The position numbers were made by a program, and so were the translations under genes. Source: an uncultured delta proteobacterium (GTDB lineage Bacteria; Desulfobacterota; Binatia; UBA9968). From it: a DNA stretch of 64,000 nucleotides. Under the pieces are notes generated by a model that was given only the letters and a program-made list of their open reading frames with translations, ran no database searches and was not told the DNA's origin. Shown here piece by piece: positions 61,394 through 64,000 of the stretch. Location: positions 25,746 through 89,745 of the forward strand of contig CAWJBB010000066.1 of assembly GCA_963840855.1 (NCBI GenBank), in the 5' to 3' direction. Position 1 is the first letter of the stretch. Every line of letters begins with the position of its first letter.

Positions 61394-62413
61394 TCAACGC
61401 ACGTTGAAAATCTCTTGATAAAGTCTTATGACCTCGGAGAAATTTTCATACTCTCCCGGGTTTTCCACGATCCGCTTGTATCCCCCGAATAGTCGGGCTG
61501 GCTGGGGTTTCACATCTTCACGGACCGGTATCCGGCTGAGGCCAACCAGCTGTTTTTGTCCCTCTTCTGAAAGCACGAAGTCTATGAAAAGTTTGGCCGC
61601 GTTGGGGTGAGCAGACTTGGCTCCAAGCAACAAAGGATTGATCTGCACCGAAACCGGCTCCAGAGGAACCCAATCAATGGGCGCACCCTCGGAAGTCGCC
61701 CGCTGAATAATCGGCGCGAAGGAAATAATTAGCGGGAATTCTCCGGCCGCGGTGAGCTGGACTCTGTTGGTGTCACCGCGCATGACGGATGGCTCCTGGG
61801 CGGCAAGTTTCTTGAAGTAAGCAATGGCCTTGTCTTTACCCCAGGCGGTGATGAGACCCGCAAGCAGGTTATAGGATGTATTATCAACGGATATCTTTTG
61901 CCCTTTCCATTTGGGGCTGAGCAGCTCCTCATAGGTTTTGGGCACCTCTTCATTCTTGACCCATTTGGTGTTGTACCCCAAGGTGTAAGGGTTGACGTAG
62001 TACCCAGTCCAATAGCCGTTCTTATCGAAAAGATCCGCGGGAATTTTCTTGGTCTCGGGCGAGCGATAAGAGGCCAGGAGCTTTCTCTTCATCAAGGGAA
62101 GAAACATGTCCCCTCTCGTAAGGATCACATCCCATAGGTGCTTGCCGGCGCGATCCTCAGTGAAAATTTTGTTGAGCATCGCGTCACCGCCGGTGCGAAA
62201 AAGATCCATCTCAATGAAAGGATATTTCTTTTGAAAAGCATCCACGACCTGCTTGCTCTGGCTTAGAGTCATCGTCGTCCAATGAACTAAACGTTTTTCC
62301 TTTTTTGCGCCATCAATCAGCGTTGAATCCAAGCCTCCCTGCGGCCAGCCGGCAACGGGGAACAAGCCTGAAAAGAAAATGACCAGAAAGCATCGTGCCA
62401 ACGTCTTCATCAA
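61394..62413 (-). CDS. ABC substrate-binding protein (Fe3+/thiamine/polyamine-like class)
   Basis: Signal peptide; GAKKE, FQKKYP, YNTK..PKTYEELL.PKWKG and HPNAAKLFIDF motifs. Confidence 0.88.
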   Translation of the reverse strand: MMKTLARCFLVIFFSGLFPVAGWPQGGLDSTLIDGAKKEKRLVHWTTMTLSQSKQVVDAFQKKYPFIEMDLFRTGGDAMLNKIFTEDRAGKHLWDVILTRGDMFLPLMKRKLLASYRSPETKKIPADLFDKNGYWTGYYVNPYTLGYNTKWVKNEEVPKTYEELLSPKWKGQKISVDNTSYNLLAGLITAWGKDKAIAYFKKLAAQEPSVMRGDTNRVQLTAAGEFPLIISFAPIIQRATSEGAPIDWVPLEPVSVQINPLLLGAKSAHPNAAKLFIDFVLSEEGQKQLVGLSRIPVREDVKPQPARLFGGYKRIVENPGEYENFSEVIRLYQEIFNVR

Positions 62414-62826
62414 GTTTCTCCCGACCTTATTCGGGTTTTTTTGCTAGCTCGCCGACCGCCGCCGAAATTCCCGTGGATAGCGAAGGAAAAAAATTGATAT
62501 TGCCGTTGATGAGCGCCCCCGGTTGGATGCCCGTGTGCATTTGTAAATCTTAGCGAAGAGCGGTGTTGGCGGTCAAGTATTTTAGAGATCGAGGCGACAC
62601 TCAGCTCTTTATAGTCAGTCAGGGACGTGCAGCTTTGCTGGTGGCGGCGCATTTCAGGCTTGACAGACGCGACGATCACGTTCGAGAACTCGCGACGATT
62701 CGCGTGCCGACGTTGTTGATGCTCGGTTGTCAGTGTTTTTTGCGCGCTCTCGCTTCGATTTGACAGGTAGCAACATAAGTGTAATGAGTTCAGCCAAGAG
62801 CGAAGTTATCATCACAGGAGGGCCGA

Positions 62827-63240
62827 TTGATGGAAAAAGAAACAGCGTCGACGACGAAGGGCGATCCGATTATCATCGAGCAGGCGGGAATGCGCATGAC
62901 CGTCGCTCACCGACAAGGCCTCGGCGGCACCGATGAAGGGCTGACGTTCGACATCACGACCGCCGGCCCGGAGGAGGAGGGAAAGAGAATTCTGCGCTTC
63001 GATTGTTTTTACAAAAACCCTCATTATCACGTGGGCGCCTCCGGCGGCGAACATGCAGCTCACAAAATGAAAGAGGAGGGCGTGGAAGACCCCGTCCGCT
63101 GGACTTTGGAGCAGCTCAAGACTCGGCTTCCCTCAATGGTCAAACAAGCGGGATACGAGGAAATCGCCGAGAGGATCGACCAGCAAGCGATTGCCGATCA
63201 TCTCACCCGGTTAGAGCCGGAAATACTCGCTAAATACTGA
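62827..63240 (+). CDS. Hypothetical protein
   Basis: AGGAGG RBS; ILRFDCF..NPHYH..DPVRWTLEQL..RLPSMVKQAGY looks like a conserved family. Confidence 0.75.
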   Translation: MMEKETASTTKGDPIIIEQAGMRMTVAHRQGLGGTDEGLTFDITTAGPEEEGKRILRFDCFYKNPHYHVGASGGEHAAHKMKEEGVEDPVRWTLEQLKTRLPSMVKQAGYEEIAERIDQQAIADHLTRLEPEILAKY

Positions 63241-63425
63241 TCGGCGTGGGCTGCAGCCGTGAGTCGGCACAGATTCGTCAGGCGTTGTCCATGGTACTGC
63301 TTCGTTGAGAAATTTCGTCTGACAAGAATCAGCAGATGCTCGAAGTTCGTAGAACAAACAGATTGTCGGGTCCCAAAACGCCGGCTGGGGTCTGTTGACT
63401 GAAGCATCCTCCGTTAGAGGTCTAT

Positions 63426-63998
63426 ATGCCGTTCACCATCTTTAAACGGAAGAGTCTCAGCACACGGTACCTCGACGCTGGGACCAAAATGGGCCAAAGG
63501 GCGGCGCGACTGACCGCCTTCAGTTCTATCGATGTCAGCGCGGCGGCGCAAAGGATTGGAAACGCATGTGGAATATTGCGGAAGCCCCAGCAGTACGCAG
63601 CGTATGCGGACGTCGCAGCCATGCTTCTTGCCGAGTTCGAGCCCGTTATCGCGTATTTCGTGATGGTTGAGATAAATGAACAGTTCGCTCGGCCGCTTGG
63701 CTATGCACCATTCGGGCAGATCCTCCTCGCCATAGAGCACATCGATGACTCGCCGGGTGGAACGAATGTCGACGCTGAATGGGTACGCGAAAATCCTAGC
63801 GCAATGGCGGGCCTGAACAGATCACCCGAGCGCACGGTGAAGGCGGCAGAGATGCTCGCTTGTGCGCTCTGGAATTTTCCTGACATCGACACAGCGCGGA
63901 AAGCTTTTTCCGTCTACAGCGTGACCCCCGTGAAAGAGCAAGTGAGAGAACGGCTTCGCTCACATGATAAGGATGTAGCCAACTACATTACAACCTGA
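63426..63998 (+). CDS. Hypothetical protein
   Basis: 190-aa ORF with AGAGGT RBS; no recognised motif; codon style appears less GC-rich than the core genes. Confidence 0.55.
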   Translation: MPFTIFKRKSLSTRYLDAGTKMGQRAARLTAFSSIDVSAAAQRIGNACGILRKPQQYAAYADVAAMLLAEFEPVIAYFVMVEINEQFARPLGYAPFGQILLAIEHIDDSPGGTNVDAEWVRENPSAMAGLNRSPERTVKAAEMLACALWNFPDIDTARKAFSVYSVTPVKEQVRERLRSHDKDVANYITT

Positions 63999-64000
63999 AT

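Overview
GC-rich bacterial chromosomal window. Gene content and style (many ABC substrate-binding proteins and amidohydrolases, CMD and SDR genes) suggest a Deltaproteobacteria-like or Binatota-like lineage; this is inference. About 1-53 kb is mostly housekeeping and envelope genes: topA (partial), dprA, der, era, a six-gene MoxR/DUF58/VWA cluster behind greA, a peptide ABC transporter split by a three-gene catabolic insert, TPR plus LolB-like genes, ligA, an RRM protein, acylphosphatase, rsmI, a two-subunit NAD synthetase, amgK-murU, ZIP-hemE-hemH-hemY, hrpB and an M48 protease. About 53-64 kb is a more plastic region with a chromate-transporter pair, gene remnants (RAYT transposase, DUF1080, alpha/beta hydrolase), MITE/REP elements and an SBP-amidohydrolase-GatC/AtzG-like-amidase operon. 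Highlights are a glutaredoxin-like gene whose TGA is probably selenocysteine (U-E-V-stop with a SECIS-like hairpin), an orphan HExxH metalloprotease ending in a beta-clamp-binding-like motif, a terminator in the greA leader, a triple-VWA fusion protein, and several families of degenerate 7-8-mer repeats, one read in-frame into a gene. Six genes, including essential ligA and der, carry single-base insertions, most likely sequencing errors. I recognised no rRNA, tRNA or CRISPR array. All family calls come from motif recognition by eye, not database searches.
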